Below are positions 60,561 to 64,000 of a DNA stretch of 64,000 nucleotides, piece after piece. Both the position numbers and the translations under genes were made by a program. The number at the start of each line of letters is the position of its first letter. Position 1 is the stretch's first letter. Source of the stretch: Nemertoderma westbladi (Eukaryota > Animalia > Xenacoelomorpha); assembly GCA_032718475.1 (NCBI GenBank), contig JAUCBJ010008826.1, positions 13,667 through 77,666 on the forward strand, in the 5' to 3' direction. Under the pieces are notes generated by a model, which was not told where the DNA came from, did no database searches, and worked only from the letters and a program-made list of their open reading frames with translations.

Positions 60561-63049
60561 CAAGTAGGATTAAATAAAGAGGATTTAGTATTCAAAAATG
60601 TCATTATCGAAGGAATCATCTTTGCAGAAATCATCTAGGAACAATTATGATAAATATATAAATTGAAGTGAATATACTAAAAGAACTAACCTCTCTTTTG
60701 TGGTAGGTGTCAAGTCATTTGTTTGTGTCATATCTGAGTCATCTTCAATTGCATCTGTAGTGGTAGTCATGGTAACCTGTGAAGGAGTGTTGTCTGAAAT
60801 GCCATTTAGATGTCACTTGTCATTTTAAAGTGATTTGTAGTCACATCTTGATTGTTTTTTATTGGCATAAATATTTGTTATAAAGTCATTATTTTGAAAC
60901 AGAGTGGAATGAGATTAAAATGATGAAAAATAAAAATATTTCAAACATGGGTATATCTTTGGAACCATATATCACCGTTATAACAAAACAGGTTTAGCTC
61001 TCAGTATACCAAAATTTTCCAAAACTAATATTCAATAAAATGTGGCAATTTGTTTTTAAAATAATGGTATTGTTCTAGAATGGTAGCTATTTTTCTAAAA
61101 CATGTCAGTTTTCATTTAGCAGCGTTCCCATGGTAACAATAATTATATTCCAGAATTTTATGTCACATTTAGAATTGTTAGACCAGTAGCTATCTTTTTC
61201 AAAAGATGCGATGAATTTATATTGAGTTATTAGAATACTACAGCATGTTTGTTGTTTTACCATTTCCATGACAACCGGTGATAACACCAAGTCAGCTACC
61301 GATTCAGATTTGTTATCATATCAAAATGAATGGCCAGAAGCTAGGTCTTCCCAAAAATATAAGTTCCGGGTGGTTACCAAAAAGTATCCCCTATGCTGGC
61401 TGGCCCATGGACTATAACACGAAAATTACAAATGCTTCCAATTTGGAAGTAGGCGCCTTATAGTAATTTTGCTTTCCGATATTTTCTGGTTACCAAGGCA
61501 ACTCTGGGGTAAAAATATGTTTTTACATTCACAGAAAACTATAATTTATGTTGAATTGGCCTTCATATCTGCAAAAAGGACTCCTTACAGAGAATAGAGA
61601 GAAAATAGAGAGAAAATAATGTGCAATAATGCGCTCAACCTAGTAGTAGTATATCATTACAGTAGGGTAACGATTTTGAAAATTTCTTCGGCGATAATCG
61701 TGAAATTTTGTAAACGTCGCGATTTCCTCCAATTATATAATACTTCTATAAAATGTTCTAGAACAAAAATATTTCTTCAAGCACATTATTTAAATTGGTC
61801 CGGAAATTCAACTTTATAAATTTCATAAAGAAAATAGCAAATACTAGCTAGTATGAAAAAAATTGGAGGATGTGTAATTATGTATATGTGTAAGTATGTA
61901 TACTGCACTAGTACCTACCTACTTTAGGTGGAGCTTCGCAAACGTCGCGCTATGCGCGGAATTCACTTGTTAACATAAATTGGGAATAACATCGTTTACT
62001 ATTTTAGAAATTCCGGTCGCTTTAAACAGCTCCTTTCCCTCAATTTATAACGGCATCGTTTATTATTTTTTGTTACGAAAAGTCCATCTCTGTAACCTGT
62101 TCCTTTCCATAAATTGCTAATGACATCGTTTATTGTTGCCTTGCTTTAGAAAAGCCCCTGAAACATTCTCCTTTCCTTAAATCTGTAATGAAATCGTTTA
62201 TTGTTTTGTTTAGAAAAGCTTGCCTCTGTAACCCTCTCCCCCCCTTGTATTTATTCATTGCTTTGGTTACAAAAGCACACAGCAATAAAAAATACTGCCA
62301 AATATAATTAAAAAGAAAATTATATGAATTTTTGTGTCGCAAAACCAAGTAATTACAGGCACTAAACTATGAAGAGAACGAATGAATTATACTAGAAAGG
62401 CTTTTTCCTAAAGGAAATGCAACCACGAAGCTAAGGAAAATTAAACACACTTGTTACTCATCAGTTCATTTGTTTAGTTACTTAAAGGCATATGCCTTAA
62501 TTCAACTCCCATTACCATGGTAACTAGAACTGCTGAGTATATTAAGATCCCGTTAGTGGTTACAGGTGACACATGACTTCTAAGAAGTTTCATTGATTAG
62601 TTTATGTCCAAAATTAAGGATGCATTTTGGTAAAACGTCAGTTTGCAGTGGTTGTCATGGAAACTGAGAAATATAACAACCTAAATTGGATGCAGAATAA
62701 GTGATATAGTAGGGATAGGGGTTGATACCTTAACGTTATACATCAAATAATCACTTTATAAATTTGAGCATCTTTTTGCCCTCTGGTAACTCAATAGGCT
62801 TGACTATTGTCCTTATCATCGAGTTGAAAAAACCCCAAGTTTATATCTATTATAGTTTTGCTACAAATATAGTTATAAATATTAACTTGAAATAAATGCA
62901 ATTTTTTAAGTCCGTTGCTATGGAAAACAAAGTTTTCCCAGATGAGACCCAGCCCAAAAGTGAATTATAATTGATTATAATTTGTATAAAAATTTGCCCC
63001 GAGAGCTGACTCGGCAAAAAAGCACCCCCCAACCCCCACTATGGATTAC

Positions 63050-63500
63050 ATTAGTAATGCGGAGGTCCGACCACTAGAGGCCAGTTGAATTACCGGACAC
63101 AATCGACCTCACAGGCGTCAGTTATCTCCTGACCGGCTGCCAGTCTCACCCCCTACTGGAGAGAGAGCGTCCAACAATTCTTTGAGTCCCTTTCCTGATG
63201 ACCTTTCTGGCCCAAACCCTGGGTAACCAGGGAGGCCAGATTGTGAGGGGAAGAGGGATTATGGAGTTGGAGGCTACTCTCATGTTCCACCCCGACCAAC
63301 AAAGCCATTGGTGAATCTGAGGCAAGTCACTAGACTAGCCTCAGTTAACACCCTAACACTCGGGTCCCCAATGCGACAAGGTGAGCTGACTGCCTTGGCA
63401 GATAAGCTTTCTCTTAGCGCAGTGGGTGTTCAAGAGCACCGAATGCAGACTGGACTGACTGATGAGGTTGTGATTAAGGACATGGGGGGGCTTCAATATC
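63050..63500 (+). pseudogene. 5' end of an RTE-like LINE (UTR and start of AP endonuclease)
   Basis: RLASVNTLTL...RQGELTALADKLSLSAVGVQEHR resembles the APE N-terminal T.N.RTL...EL...GIQEHR motif. Confidence 0.6.
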
Positions 63501-64000
63501 ATTATCTGGTATCTTTACGGCCCACAGGAGGTCTATGAAATAAATGTTATACAATATTTAATATTTATATTATGACTGCTATGATATTTAATATTATATT
63601 ATACAATTTATTGTACAATGACCTACCCTGACACCAACAGCAACATTCACACTACCATACTGACAGTTATATCAAACTGTATAGAAACATAATCACAATC
63701 AGTCCAGTCACTGTCACTCCCATCCTCGTCAATCTTAACACTACACTGTCCTCAGACTACATATGTTCAGGAACCACCGCGACATCACTGCTCTTGGCCT
63801 CTCAGAAGCAGTGCTGCAGTTGACTCCAGGCAGCGATTGAATGAAATCACCATCAACTGGTTTACACGATGAGCGAAGAGCCGGTTCCGTGCCTTGGCTG
63901 CTTGGGGTGTATGAAGAGCTGGCGGCTGTTCAGTTCACCCGCTCAACTGAGAGATTAGGCCTATTACTGCAGTACTGTATTACTGTACTACATACAGTAG

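Larger units (their letters stand above)
56825..61414. mobile_element. Academ-type DNA transposon derivative with ~840-bp TIRs
   Basis: TAGTCCATGGGCCAGCCAGC...GCTGGCTGGCCCATGGACTA with 3-bp TSD TAA. Internal remnants ELRYRLFCSKHGEIESTLLPPC...RANYQ...PSPIGLGW...WM..LPAP resemble the Academ transposase C-terminus. Confidence 0.8.

Overview
AT-rich eukaryotic (probably invertebrate) DNA made almost entirely of nested transposable elements. No host gene can be called confidently. The main structures are members of one BEL/Pao LTR-retrotransposon family. They comprise a near full-length 18.9-kb copy (36244-55130, minus strand, TSD GCTTT), a 14.1-kb internally deleted copy (6690-20837, plus strand, TSD CATCG) and a solo LTR (3932-5117, TSD CATAG). 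The family is unusual in three ways. (1) Downstream of gag-pol it carries one ~1417-codon accessory frame, split into four ORFs by three in-frame stops. It has a DEDDy/WRN-EXD2-like 3'-5' exonuclease signature, zinc knuckles and a basic tail rather than an env. (2) It has no tRNA-type TGG primer-binding site. Instead, the 12-14 nt right after the 5' LTR are the reverse complement of a segment inside the LTR, and the two co-vary between copies, as expected for Tf1-like self-priming. (3) The pol-ORF3 spacer holds RNA hairpins, one with compensatory changes. The plus-strand copy and the solo LTR sit inside a non-autonomous Polinton/Maverick-like element (2189-24168, AGTAGT termini, 6-bp TSD). The minus-strand copy sits inside a CGG-ended TIR element. 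The rest of the window holds an Academ derivative, several MITEs, Helentron-associated-like repeats and CRE/RTE LINE fragments. All calls are by eye and no database search was run.
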